Shown: positions 38,501 through 51,488 of the stretch, piece after piece
Layout: each line of letters starts with the position of its first letter
Position numbering within the stretch: position 1 is the stretch's first letter
From: Chara braunii
Taxonomy: Eukaryota; Plantae; Charophyceae
Length of the DNA stretch: 64,000 nucleotides
Assembly (NCBI GenBank): GCA_003427395.1
Contig: BFEA01000008.1
Location: 5,570,925 to 5,634,924, forward strand
Direction: 5' to 3'
Translations under genes and position numbers: made by a program
Notes under the pieces: model-generated
What the model was told of the DNA's origin: nothing
Databases searched by the model: none
Seen by the model: only the letters and a program-made list of their open reading frames with translations

Positions 38501-39450
38501 AACTTCTGGAAATGGTGGTCATTGGAGATGAGGGAGCCCTCTCCGTGGGTGGTAAGTTGGTAACAGAGGAGGACGATGCAGCAATCCTATTATAGGAGCA
38601 TTAATGACATGAGTTGGGAGGATAAAGATCGGCTTTTTGCTGCAGAAGTGGTCAGGGCGCTGGCGCCCTGGGCCATATCGACACTCAGAAATGAAAGGAT
38701 TTGAGACGGTAAGGAAGTGGAAAAAAAAAAAAAAAGGAAAAAAGTAATTAACCATGCCGGTTGTGAGAAATAGAGTGTGAGTGGGCATTTTGGTGGATCT
38801 TTTTTCGGGGGGGGGGGGCATTTTGGTGGATCTGCAGAGGTGTAAACGGAAATCGGAGAATGATGACAGCAATTTTTGGAAGGTTAGGGGGGACTATCCC
38901 AGGCTGGTCAAGAAGGATCCTGCGACAGGCAGATTGTTTTTTGCTTCTACATTACAAAAGTATGCAGTAGATGAGGAAGACTAGGCTCCAGGTCACTTTG
39001 TAGAATAGTTAGTGAAAGTTTAAAATGAGGGTAGTCGAGGCCCATGTATTTCGATGTAGTATTGAGGGGGGGGGGGTAAGGAGGGCGGCCCCATTAGGCT
39101 AGGCTAGTATAGGATTGTGTACGAGATTGATATATGAAGTGAATGCTGGGAGATTCAGTGTGGTATTGCAGAAAGGGTGTAAGGGATTGACATATAAGGG
39201 GAATGCTGGGAGATTTGATGTGGCATCGCAGACAGGGTGATGAGTCTGGCAACTGCATGAATACTATTAGGAAACGGATGGGAGGATTAGGACCTCGATA
39301 TTGGGGAGGGGAGACATTCGGGCTACAGAAGGGCTAGGTATGTGTGGATAAATGAATGGGTTTTGAGGTATAGGACGAGAATAGAGGAGTCATGGCGTAA
39401 GGTGGTTCGTCCGGAGTAGAGGTGGGTCATGGGAGCCAAGATTTGGGACC
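35580..39450 (+). mobile_element. LINE ORF2 3' part and UTR, same family as 19140-22500; interrupted by a Harbinger derivative
   Basis: ELRDRW..RDW..., LKALPDQKQAGLLWLIYHLAV matches LKSLQDQKQAGLLWLIYYPAV. Confidence 0.85.
36450..38170. mobile_element. Non-autonomous PIF/Harbinger deletion derivative
   Basis: TIRs GGGCCTCGTTAGA / TCTAACGACGCCC; TAA TSD at 36447-36449 and 38171-38173; keeps the 5' ends of the Myb-side ORF (+) and the transposase (-, VVQLCYMLGCRVIPQAT). Confidence 0.92.
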
Positions 39451-39799
39451 TAGAGACTGGAGGTGCAGTTCGGTGAACCGACACTGCCCCCCCCCCCCCA
39501 GGACACTCAAAGTGTGCGTCTGGGTACTGCATGGATGTTTCCGGGCCACTATGCCAGCCCTGGTTGGGGAGGACAGATATGTCCCACAGAACTGCCCCCC
39601 CTACAGTCGCCCCCCTGCAAAGTGTCTAGTGCGGTAGGGGTAGTAGGCTGGACCTCTTTTCCATCCGTGAGTGCCCTTCTTCCTCTATAGTGAACATTGC
39701 TCTATGTTTGCTGGTGATAAACAACCGGACTGCTGCCCCCCAGAATAGATGGGGCGTTTTTTTTTTGTTTTTTTTTTTTTTTCCCCAGCAACATTTCAT

Positions 39800-40430
39800 T
39801 ATAAAAATGGCCTGGAAGTATGTAATCTTGAGAAAAAAAGGGGATTAGGTATACCTGACCCTGGACACCAAAATAAGCCCCTTCAGAAAAATGGATCTTC
39901 AAGCTTCTGACATAACCTGACATGGACTGCATGAGGTCTGGCTAGAACTACCGTCTTCACCCGAATAGAACGCCCGGTTATTATAGCTGTATCTGGACTG
40001 AAAAGTGCACTGACTACAGCTATAATGACCGGGCGTTCTATTCGGGTGAAGACGGTAGACAGTTGGCAAAATGTATAACACTGGGTAATATGCAGGGTCA
40101 GTTTTGGATTGTGGCCAAGTCCTGGGCAATACAGGGTACCGGACGTAGTAATAACCGACGAACAAGAGTATCCCCAAGACAATAATGATTCACACTGGAA
40201 CCTTCTCATTAGAACTTGGAGGGAAGCTTTCCCACCTAAAATAAGAATACCCCATCCAAAAGAGGAGGCTCTAACACAACCCTTATTTCTGCAACCAGTG
40301 AATAACAGACCTTCAAGGAAAACCTTTTTGCTTGGATGCCAACTAGAAAAGATGCTAGATTGGGATCCTAGGTAGAGCCTGGGGTCTGGCAGATAAAGCA
40401 TCGCTGGCAAGGGGGCCCGAGGACATGGTA
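39800..40430 (+). mobile_element. LINE ORF2 fragment downstream of RT
   Basis: IKMAWKYV..KGGLGIPD-like and EALTQPLFL motifs; interrupted by a MITE. Confidence 0.6.
39951..40055. mobile_element. 105-bp foldback MITE, TA TSD (second copy, opposite orientation)
   Basis: TIRs CCGTCTTCACCCGAATAGAACGCCCGG; same length as 30755-30859; its loop is a reverse-complement homolog. Confidence 0.9.
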
Positions 40431-40599
40431 TGGAGACATATCAATCTCTCGCAGCGGGCGGATGATTACGAATCTCCAGATGTTCTTTGCGAAGAGGAAG
40501 CGAAAGATGCGGAGGACATGGAGATTCGACTTGTGCCTGTATGTGGTAGAGGAAGGGGTGGAGGCATGCATCAAGAGAAGGCCATTTCCCGTGGTGGTC

Positions 40600-41370
40600 G
40601 TCGAGTGAAGGGTGCGGGGTGGAAAACATCTCCCGTGGAGTGTTGAGGAAATGTTGAAGCTCGCTCGAGCGATGAGGGATCAGCAAGCTCATTTCGTGGA
40701 CATGCCACACAGCTACGGTCGGAGGCGTAACAAAGAATGGAAGTTGCAAGACCTGTGAAAGCGTTTGGTGGAGGTGGGGGTGAACAGGACAACTGACGAC
40801 ATCGGTAAGAAATGTGACAATCTCTTCCAGTAGTATAAGAAAGTGCAACGGTATCAGAACGCGTTTGGGGGAAGAACTTCTTCAACTTGACACCTGCGTT
40901 GAGAACCGAAGAAGGCTTCAACTTCACAATGAGCGAGCGCGTGTATGATGAGATCAACGACATTGCGAAGGGTAACAAGACCATCTACCCAGACAACGTT
41001 GCCGACACGAACGCCCTCGGAGGAGTGCAGATGCCACGCTCCTCTTCCGTTGCTGGAGAATCCGCCGTTGGGGGTGATGGGGGTGATGGGAACGACGGTG
41101 ACGGAGGCTCGGCGTGGGAGTCCGGCTTCAGTGCAAGCAGCACGGGAGGGAACTGCAAGAGGAAGAACATCCGCCAGCACACATTCGACAGCATCGCCGA
41201 AGTTACGGAGAAACACGACACAATGACGGCTAACACCATGGAGGGGGCGCAAGTAAGCGACAATGTTCCATTCTAGAGCGGCAGTGCGACATACTTGAGC
41301 GTGAGGTTGATGGCTACCAGGCGTGCGACGAGGCGAACAGGATGATGTGCACTGCATTGCTGGAGATAGC
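40600..41370 (+). pseudogene. Harbinger Myb/SANT (trihelix)-like ORF remnant
   Basis: KKCDNLFQ*YKKVQRYQN..GKNFFNLTPALRTEEGFNFTMSERVYDEI resembles the trihelix KKWDNL..YK pattern; opposite the transposase as expected. Confidence 0.65.
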
Positions 41371-42071
41371 CAAAGCCATCAGGGACAGGTACTGATGCCA
41401 CCTTTGCTCCTGCGTCTGCCGATATTCTCCCACGGTCGATCGTCCCATCGATGCATCTAGCGGCATTGCCTCCGTTACTTGTTTTGCATTTGTACCGCAA
41501 TGATGGCCGTCATTCGGCACAATTTAGTTGATCGCTCGTGGCATGTTGCGTTGGTGGGGACTAGATGGTTTCTTTTCCAGGACGTGTTCGTCTATATATT
41601 GTCAAACAGAGCTTCCCGGTAAACCGTAGGCAGAGAGGGAGAAGAGGACAACGAACGAGGGGCTGTGACAAACTGTGTCGTCGGAGTTTCACCGACTCAT
41701 CAGGAGGTTGAACCCTTATTTGTGTGAACAATGCATATATATGTATATTTTTTGAAGGAGGCAGTTGTTTTGATTTTGTTGTCGATCCGTCTCGACAACG
41801 TGCTTGTGTTTTTAGTTTGGGTTGCTGGGGCGGGATCCGTAGACTGCGTGCTGCGAGCTGCGGCGCCGCCGTCACGGTATTATGGTACGGATCGGTTTTC
41901 ATCCACATGTATGTTTATATTTTACAAGCAATTGTGATGGCCGATTTTGTAAATGCATTGCCCAACCCTCTCTCTCNNNNNNNNNNNNNNNNNNNNNNNN
42001 NNNNNNNNNNNNNNNNNNNNNNNNNNNNNNNNNNNNNNNNNNNNNNNNNNNNNNNNNNNNNNNNNNNNNNN

Positions 42072-42136
<65 letters not shown>

Positions 42137-42410
42137 CAGACACTCAAGTGTGTGTCTGTGTGTGATATTGAAATGGTGTTTTCAAAGAACGAAGACGTGC
42201 ATTGATTGGAATAGGAAAGAATAGGAAAAAAACATTAGGGAAATACCTGTCTTTGAGCCCGTAATGAAAGAAATTGCAAGGTGATGACCAGGTCAATGCT
42301 TGGAGCTCGGAACTTGTGGACCGCACGATGTGAATGACAGGGATCGCCGTTGTAAGCATGACATGCTTTTAGACACTTTGCATCCTCACTTTTCATATAC
42401 ACACACCTTC

Positions 42411-42475
<65 letters not shown>

Positions 42476-42639
42476 AAAAAAAAAAAAAAAAAAAAAAAAA
42501 AAACAAGCACACATGCAAGGACTTGACGGACTGATCGTCAGGCAGGGCCAAAGGCGGGGGAGGGGCACTGTAGGGAGGGCGTAGTGACCTTTAAATCAGT
42601 GTCTTCAATGAATGGTGGAAGGACTTCAATCGCCTGCAC

Positions 42640-44490
42640 AAGTCCATGAAATGAACGCCATCTCGCAGGGAGCGCGTCGGGGTACGGAATGGTCACGTAA
42701 GGCAGTATAAAGGACCGAGGCAGGTGTGCTTCACCGCATCTGCAGGGCGCCGCATTGCCTATGCCTTCTCTCGCTTGAGGGTTGGCCTTCGCCGCGCGAC
42801 AATCTCATCGTACTCGCCATCGCTGCACAGGTGCGATCTAATGACAGGTGCGTCCATCGCTGCTATCGTGGGCGAGCGATCATGAATCTTTCTGCGTCAT
42901 CCTCGACGCCACGTAGCACTCTCTTCCGCGGGGGTGGGCAGATCGGAAGGGGACATGTCCCTAAGTCCAAATGCCGCGTGGTGAGGCGTCAGAGGGTGCG
43001 ATGGGGGCTGATAGAGGAGAAGACGTGTCGCCCATGGAAGTCGATTCGATGGAATCGCTGACACTTAGGTTTGGGAGAGACAGCATAACAAGGGAGCAAT
43101 TCATCGGACTGACTGGGCTTGGTGTGCCAGGAATGCCACATGTCGATGGTAGTGGAAGCTTGAGCTTCGAAGGGATTGTCACCGGTGAGTCGGGAGCTCA
43201 AAGACTTGTCACGCTAGCGGCGACATTACTCTCCACAGTTTCACACGTCGACAAAGGACCTCTCCAACCTGCACATGCACATCATGTTGAACCGTCAAAC
43301 ACCATCGTTGGCTCATTAGGCAGGGTCAGTCCATTGTCAAATGTGGGAAGCATGGCTGTCCACGGCGCCACCAGCACTGGGGGGGAGAGGCGAGAAGAAG
43401 GAAGGCGCGAGGAGGCGGGAAGAAAGGACGAGACGAGGGATCATACTCGGCGGGCATACGACGAAGACGACGAGGCTCTCATCAACAAGAAGAAAAAATC
43501 GCGGTAGGAGGAGGAGTTGGACGCGGTCCAAGCTCTGGACAGACGGGAAGACATTTTGGGGAAGCGGACCTGGTCGCCTCATCGCGCGCTGCACACTCTT
43601 GGGCAGACTACAATTGTGCAGTCGTCAATGGTGATGCGGCGCCAACGCTCCCCTAGGCCTAATCATGCCCACCGCCGACGTCCCCCACTTCGGAATCGAC
43701 GATCCAGCGCAGCGTGAGCCAGCTCTTCACAGGGCGAGGGAGATGGAGAACGTCGCCATGCTCGTGATCCACGAGTGGATCTTTAGGTCCCCTTCCAGAC
43801 CCGATGGTTTCGCCCGCGCGGAATCGTATGTCACCATTGATTACCCAATGGGTATGGCGAGAGCAGTGTGGCAGTGAGTGGAGTGGTCGAGGGTGGTCTG
43901 TCCTAGCATGGTTTATCATACGGTCGCCCTCAAGATGGACATTCCGTTGTGGTATGCTGGGGCATACATCGAGGACAGGCAGGAGGATGATGACATGGCT
44001 GCCCATCAGGAGTCTGCGGTCTTGCGTTTGGCCTCGTGCTTTGACGATGCGAGTCGTCGCCGCCACGGCAGCTTGTTGAAGATGTCCCAGTCAAGGTTGA
44101 GCAGAATCGGGAATGCTTTCTGCCTCCCTTTCGCCGCATGCATGTGGATCATGCGTATGGGAGGTGACGACGTCCGCTCCCACGAGGAGGCGTCCTACTA
44201 CTCGCAGCTCGTTGCAAAGCCCACACTGTTGGTGGGAGGGTCACATGCGTTCAACTGGCGCAGGCATATTGTTAACTTCAGGAATGCTGTTTTGTCTCGC
44301 CTTGGGAAGCCGCCCTTGACGTTGGGTGTGTTTCCCAACTACATCCCGGAGTGGGCAGCATGTCGAGTGCGCTTCAACTACAACGCCAGTTTGGCGGACC
44401 CTGATGTTGTGGCGAGGATGGACTGGATGGGGATGGGACCTGTTGATGGCGAAAGGAAGGACGATGGAGACGATGGCGATGGAGCGTCGT
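42640..44490 (+). pseudogene. Additional Harbinger-borne ORF of unknown function
   Basis: Contiguous reading 43665..43877 (stop) then 43878..about 44490: HFGIDDPAQREPAL..EWSRVV..LKMDIPLWYAG..FPNYIPEWA; globular composition. Confidence 0.6.
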
Positions 44491-45689
44491 TAAAGTCGTC
44501 GGAGTGGCAGTCCTGCACCTCGTTCTTGCCTTGTCCGCGTACGGAGCGGAAGCGCCCCTGGTTGATGGCACCACGTCCCCAGGGGGGGGGGGGGGAGGAA
44601 GATGGGGGGGTGCTGTTTGGCGGGGCTTTGTTTGTAGACGGGCTGTGTGCTGGTCTGGCTGGTTGCCAGTGTAGTTGGTTCGACAGAGCGCCTTGTGTAC
44701 CACGTGCACTACGTAATGGAAGCCATTATGATAATGGCACCTTTAAAAATAAAAAAACAAAAGCAAAAAAAAAAACGGCGTTCGTGTGTGCGATTGCATG
44801 TTTGTCATGTCCGCTGTCTTTTCATGTTCGTCTCACCCATATCCTTGCTTATCTTGTGCGTATGATGTGCGAGAGTCTGTTGTCTACTCATTGCATGTGT
44901 TCTGAATGTTGTTATGGAGAAATCGTGAATGTCTTGTTTGATATTCGGTGCAACCTTCGCCTGCATCGATTGTTGTTTTGTATAGACGAAGACATGCGTG
45001 CTCAATTGTCGAACTTTTTGTTTGTTTATTTGTTTTTCCGTTCACGCTCAGAACACAAAAGATTGCATACGAATGAACAGAGTACGGAAGCCAAAAAAAA
45101 AAAAAAAAAGACAAGTACATAACTGAAAATCGGAACCACGCCAGACGTTTGTTTGAATGCAGGAACTAAACGATCGCGTTTTTGTTCTCAATTCGACGCA
45201 CGAATGACCACAAAAAGTTTTTGCATGCACAGGAACGAAAAAAAGCGCCAGAAATGAGGTTGGCACAATGCGCTGGAAATGTACAAAAAAACACAATAAA
45301 GGCAAGCGTTGTCTTCATGAAATCCACGATGGAACACCTGTCCATCACACTTCAAATGTTCCGCGTAGAAAACAAACAACCAAAAAAGACAAAAAAAAAA
45401 AAAAAAAAAGGAGACGGAGTTGTCCAGCAACAAAACTACAGGACACTGCCGCCCGACAACGTCGACACCCCTTCCATCCCCAGCAACACGACGTTTGTTG
45501 CCCACAAGCAAACCTTGCACACGCCCGCCCGTCGAGTTCCACGTAGAGACCGACGCCTGAGGAACCGCCGCAGAGACACTACGCACGTTCACTCGTGTGT
45601 CATGGGCTCCGCAAGTTCTTCGAGCAAGGCCAGCGCCCGAGGCCGATTGAAGTTCTCCGCAATGCGGTAGGGAGGGTGATCCAACCCCA

Positions 45690-46900
45690 AGTCCAGTTGC
45701 CGACGCACACCATTCGCGCGTCCACCTCCCACAAAAAGTTCTCGTCAAAGTCTATGTCGGCGTCCAGGAGGATGTTGTGCAGAATGCACACGACGACGAA
45801 CTGTTGTGGGAGAGTAGCCATATTCGTTTTGTGTGTGCGGAGGAAATGCCTCCACATCCCCTTCCGCTTTCCGAAAGCTCTCTCCACCGCTCCTCTGGCA
45901 ACCTTCTGCTTGTTGTCAAACCTCTCCTCGTCGGCGCACTGATCGGCCCCTCCATAAGGTACGACGATCCACTCCATGGGAGGATAGCCTTTATCGCTGA
46001 GGATGTACCCATGTCACCTCGTGTGTTCTCACCCCGAATGGCAGCAGCACAGCAGGACCACGGAAAAGATCCCCCTCCTCAGCGAGCGTCCAAAGATTGG
46101 AAAGCTGAAGCACAAGTTTATCGTGGCAGATCCCAGGATAGCCAATGTGAACGTCCATCACACATAAGTCCAGGTGGACGACCACTTGCGCAGCCACCGA
46201 AAGGCGATGCTTCTGGTCGAAGTAGTTCTCCAATTGTGCGTGCGCAGGTTTGTCCACATAGTTGTGTGTGCAGTCTATGTAGCCGTAGCAGTTGGGGAAA
46301 CCTTTCGCCTAGTAGGCGCGCAAGACGACCAGCCACTGCAACCCAGAAGGCCAGCTGATCTTCTTCCGGAACACCTTTGGAAGCGCCCTCATGATGTCCA
46401 CTGCAATCAATCCTGATGCGCGTCCAATGTTGAACGACGACGTGCTGCTCTCATATGTCTGCCAACTTGCCCAACGATAAAGCGCGTACGCGACGATGCG
46501 ATCCGACATCAAAGGCACTCTATAGAATGTCACCCTCCGCTGCAGATGAGGGGACAGCGCCTCGACGATCTCTCGGAACACTCTAGGCGACATCCGCAAC
46601 TTCTCCTTGTAGTAGCCCTTTGTCGTGTCGTCAACCCGTCGAAGATCCTCCCTTGTCCCTCCCGTCCTCCTCGTCCACCCACTCGGCGTCGCCTGCGGGA
46701 TCACACCCGATGCCATGGCGTAACAGAATTGGACAATGGATTCCGATAACGACACACAATCGGGTGCATCTATCACCTGTTGCATCAGCTGCCTCTGCTT
46801 GCGAACGTACAATCTCATCCTCAGGCTAGTTGTCGTTCTCTCAATGCGATAACGAATGGCGATCGTTGATACAACTGCGACCACCTCGCTTCTCTTCGAT
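45690..46900 (-). pseudogene. Harbinger (DDE_Tnp_4/HARBI1-like) transposase, frameshifted
   Basis: KLRMSPRVF..; VAYALYRWAS; DVHIGYPGICHD; LSDKGYPPMEWIVVPY; ARGAVERAFG.RKGMWR; CILHNIL. Confidence 0.93.
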
Positions 46901-48229
46901 GTCGTTAATACCTTCGCACCACCCAGGAGCTCTCCCTTCATCGTTAGGACTTGCAATGCGCAAGCGCCCACCACTCGTTCGCTTGCTGGCGCCCTCGCTG
47001 CACCTTTTGCACGTCGATGGGGCCCGCGGGCGCACTCTCCACGTTCCATGGAAGCGTTACGTTCGCGCTCAGCTGTGACGGCCCAAAGAGCACAGTAGAG
47101 AACCGTTACACATACACGCTACGTCGCCCAGCGTTCCAATGCCCACATTTTAAGCCATGGCCGCCATCACTCCTCCGCACAAACGTTTCGCCTTAGTCTC
47201 CAATCCAGCCGCCAGAACGCCTCAGGCGTAGATGCATCACAATGGAGAGTTTGAAATTCGAAATTCGAACCAGGATGTTGGCGCCCTTTTTTTTTTCGTC
47301 AGCCTGGTAGGCCTCCTCGCCGCCGCCACTGGACCACGCCCGAGGACACACGAACATCCCAGAACGATGACGAACATCCACCCCCGCAACCGCATGTATG
47401 CGTATGAAATTGGTCGTCGGAGACCTGGGACCCATCGAATTAGGACGCGGTGTAACAACGACCCCGAAAACCGAAAGTTTTTCCAAGGACTTCATCTTAA
47501 TTCCTGAGGACTTTCCAGGGAGGTTCTAACGAGGCCTTAAGCGTCTTGTCTGGTGTTTCTTACCTTTTTAGAAACTTGGTATTCCCACTTAGTATGGGCA
47601 TGCTTTCCCCACCAATCCTTTTTTTTGTTTGTTTTTTTTCCCAAATTAACACCCAGCGGTGATGTTACCCACCAATCCTTGGCTGTCGTTTTGTAGGATG
47701 GGAGATAAGGACGGCCAGAACTTGTGAATCCATTCGTTTTTTTTTGGGGACCATTTCTCAATTCATGTGTGATATCCTTGTGCAGGGGCTGGGTTCCACT
47801 TATGCCGCTTAGGTGGGCTAGGTCTTCCTTGGGCCCAATCCCTCACAAGACCCCACCCTTCTCTCGATATGCGCTGGTGCACCCCAACTCCCCTCTATCC
47901 TACCTCACTTGAGGATCGTCACTCTCTGATGGAGTGACCTGACCAGACAGCGGTCGCTGGCAGCAATGCTAAGTGGGAGCCCCCTTTCACCCTGAGTTGC
48001 GGCATTGTCGCATGACCGTCATCGTATGGGTACCTCGGGAGGTAAGTGTGAATCAATTACTACTAGCCCCATGAGTAGACCCAAGAGTGCCCCCCTCATC
48101 CAGGGTCTTTGCTTAGAGTTCCCTGCTTTGGACTAGCCCAAGCAGTGTCCAATGGCCATATGGCCAAGTTCTAACCTATGAGAGACACAAGCGGTTAAAG
48201 GGTAGCTGAAAATTCAGGAATGAAAATTA

Positions 48230-48470
48230 TGAAGTGAGAGTTTTTGGCAGTCTGAAAATCCTGAATGGTCCTGAAGTGGTGAAAGGTCTGAAGACCCTGA
48301 GAACCACCTGTTTAGGCAGGCTGCATCCTGAAGTGGTGAAGTGAGAGTTTTGGGCAGTCTGAAAATCCTGAATGGTCATAAAGCGGTGAAAGGTCCGAAG
48401 ACCCTGAAAACCACTGTTTAGGCAAACTGCATCATGAAGTGGTGAAGGGTGTCCTGAAGTGGTGATGAAA
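48230..48470. repeat. About 108-bp tandem duplication built from TCCTGAAGTGGTGAA subunits
   Basis: TGAAGTGAGAGTTTT..GCAGTCTGAAAATCCTGAATGGTC at about 48230 and 48337. Confidence 0.8.
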
Positions 48471-48887
48471 AATACGACTGTTGTTAACCTTCTTTCGTCC
48501 ACTTGATTCTATGTCTGGAGTCTTCTGTATATGTGATTGATCTATATCTCCGCACTTGGGGTCAACCCCCGGTTGTTGTATATCATTTATTTCAAAGTTG
48601 TATTAATATGACTTCCTTTTCGAATCCCTAGCCTCATGATATATGAGTCTGCATATGTCGACGGTAAATCTGCGTATGTCTGTTGTAAGCCTGCACATGT
48701 CTACTATACAACATGATCTATTATACTGGATCACACGACCAAACCTTTACATAACCCAGTAGAACCACCCTACAACCTGCCCGGCAAGGGCCCCTAGGTC
48801 AACTGTGTGACATGAAAAACGACCGTAAAAAACAAGAGAAACGAATGTAAAATGAGTTATAAAAATCGAAATTGTTCCTGCCTTTGT

Positions 48888-50105
48888 TATTGCAGCAGCT
48901 AAACACCTTGGCTTTGGATCAGTCCCCATCGTCGTCTGCCCATAGAGAAGGAATAAATACCTGGGAAACCTGCTCAATGTCGCTCTGTGATGACCTACCT
49001 GAGATTCGGCTAGCGTGTGGTTCACATGCCTTGTACCGTGAGGATTATAAAGGGATAGCCCATGCGAGTTTTTGTTTTCGTACATATGACAGTCAATACA
49101 CTTCATGTACAACACCCTGACATGTCGTTCCCAATCGGTAGACGGGCTGGAACGGCAACACCTCTACAATTGTGGTCGGCATGTCTCTGTCCTAGCATGT
49201 TGGAGCCACATGGCCTGCCTATGTTGTGCCATTCAATGCAGCAACTGTGACTGCGAGAATTTGATGCACTGCTTCCACAGTCCACACCCGAACCGGCCCT
49301 GTCCGGTTTGTAGGGGTCGGCACTTATTATAGGCAATGGCTTCTCCTCAACTCAAAATCTTATCCAACCCAAACATCGACTGTCCTCCCGTGCCATTCTA
49401 GAGTAGTTTGCTCCAGTGGTGAGTATTTAGAACCCTGTGAGAACTCCACCTCCTATTTCCTTCTTCCCCCCTCTTTTGTACTTCTCGTAAAAGCATATGG
49501 ATAAGCATCATTAAACCACCAGTACTTGGCCCAGCTATCGGCCGCGGCGCTTCCCCGTTAACGCGCCGCGGCATTTGGGCTTCGGCCTACTGGACCGCAT
49601 TGGCTGGAGGCCACTGCCAAAATGAAAACGAAAAAGACCGACGGCAGTTCTGCAGGACTTGGCACGCAGGGGGCTGCGAGGCTCGACTTCGATAGTTGGG
49701 CCAAGTACTAGTGGTTGAATATAAGTTGAAGATCTTGGGCAAAATGAACAGGAATATACCTCCACCTTTACTTTGCCTCCTTTCATGATGTGCAAGTGAG
49801 CAATTATTGCACACAGGGATGTGGGCAATTCATGCTCAACCACAATAAACGTGGCAAGCCTTTACATGAGAGGCACAGTAAACGGGGAAATGCAAGGACA
49901 AATGAAAGGGGTACCCAAAAAAGCCAGAGTCAACACAATTAAGAAAGGGATTTAAACGCTTCTATTTTGCTCAGTGTTGCTTGCTATAAAGGTAACTGCT
50001 TCATTGTTGGTCGGTTTCAAACTCAAGTGTTTTCGTTTTCTGCAATAGGACTAAAGCTGCTTTGATTTCGGATCTACTCATTTGGGTGGAATAGGGGCAA
50101 AACAC
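48888..50105 (+). mobile_element. Penelope-like element copy A (5'-truncated: RING-like units 3-4 and 3' UTR)
   Basis: Homologous to 59920-60920; ends GGATCTACTCATTTGGGTGGAATAGGGGC before CA/CAA repeats. Confidence 0.8.
49515..49715. mobile_element. MITE at a TTAA site
   Basis: TTAA|ACCACCAGTACTTGGCCCAGCTATCG ... CGATAGTTGGGCCAAGTACTAGTGGT|TGAA. Confidence 0.8.
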
Positions 50106-50109
50106 ATGC

Positions 50110-50900
50110 AACAACAACAACAACAACAACACTGATTTCAAAGCAGCGGTGACCTCCTTGACATGGCGTATGCTTGCTAGGAGCCATCCGCCCAGTGTCC
50201 TGGTCGGAGGCTGGACTGCATATGTGCGTGGCCAGCAGCGTCCGCTACCCACTCAAGTCACACGGCTCTCCAACTGGTTTTGTCGCATGGCGCGTTGATC
50301 AATTGCTCACCCGTTGCCGAATGCTCATTCTGCAGACAGGCAACATCCGCCCTCAACACAACCACTCGCAATGCGCACCTGCCCACTCCCGAACACCGAT
50401 TCCGAACACAGGCAGCATCAACCCTCCACACAGCCAAACGCAGAAGGCCCGCCATCTCTTGCCGTTACTACCGAAAGGGCGGATGCTTATGTGGATATGG
50501 CAACTCAGCTGAACACCAGACCAACCGCAAAAGACAATGGAAATGGTGTCGAAGTGCCTGTAGCAGGTGATGGCCTGCATCCTACCAATGTCGCAACTGC
50601 TGCTGAAAGCGTGCCGCCTCCTGCACCGCTACCACTGCTACCGCCACCACTGCTACCGCCACCATCTTTTCCTCCACCACCACTTCCACCACCACCACAC
50701 CACCACCACCTCCACTACCACCACCACGTGGCAGGACAATTGACAGAATGGAGTGCTGGAGCAAGTGGTGTACCACACGGTTCATCTGCTCCGCCTGGTC
50801 GTTGGCTTCATGATGATTACCTGAAGTCACCTACAGTTGGGGCCCCATCTGCTCGGCCACCTTCTTCCACAATTCACTCATAAAGCGGACATCTTTGTCA
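50110..50900 (+). mobile_element. Penelope-like element copy A2 (RT thumb and Pro-rich linker)
   Basis: NNTDFKAAVTSLTWRMLARSHPPSVLVGGWTAYVRGQQ matches 57545-57665. Confidence 0.8.
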
Positions 50901-51488
50901 CTCACTATGGGCCTCGACAACCACACACTTAGTTTTCCATGAAAAGTTTGAGCACTTGGTAAGTCTTAGCGCTCTCTAACATTGCGACTAACCTAGCGTA
51001 CTTCGAAAATCGATTCACTATGACGATGATATGCCTCTTGCCACATTTCCTGGTCAGGAGGTCATGAGGGTGTCCATGAAATCCATGGACAAGCATCCGA
51101 GTCCAGCAGGGATAGGCAATGGCTTAATAAGGCCTAGAGGTGCTTGCAATGGGTCTTTGGTTTGTCACGCTGACAAACTTGGCATGTTTCTACATAGCAC
51201 TTAGCATCCTCTACCATAGTGGGCCACAAACATCTCTGAACAAGGTTTGCTGAAGTCTTTTTATAGCCAGAGTGTTCGGTTGCATCATGACATTCGCCTA
51301 GTAACTAACTACGCAAAGACTCTCTATTTGGGACACACAGTCTTTTATTCCCAGTGTTTTCAAGGAACAGCAAACCGTCCACCACCACAAGCTCGTCAGA
51401 AGTGGCCTTGTTTTTGGCCTCGAGCTTGCGCATGATGTCTGTCACTAATGTGTCTTCCAATTAGGCATCCACCATCGGTTGAGTTAGA

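Larger units (their letters stand above)
40432..47537. mobile_element. Degenerate autonomous-type PIF/Harbinger element; left end missing, spans a gap
   Basis: Right TIR TCTAACGAGGCCT plus TAA at 47525-47540; transposase on minus converges with two plus-strand ORF remnants. Confidence 0.8.

Noticed and set aside
51150-51225. USP-like Cys box (LTNLACFYIAL) downstream of PLE copy A2
   Set aside because: Short, frame-broken, and no His box found; worth rechecking only against a consensus
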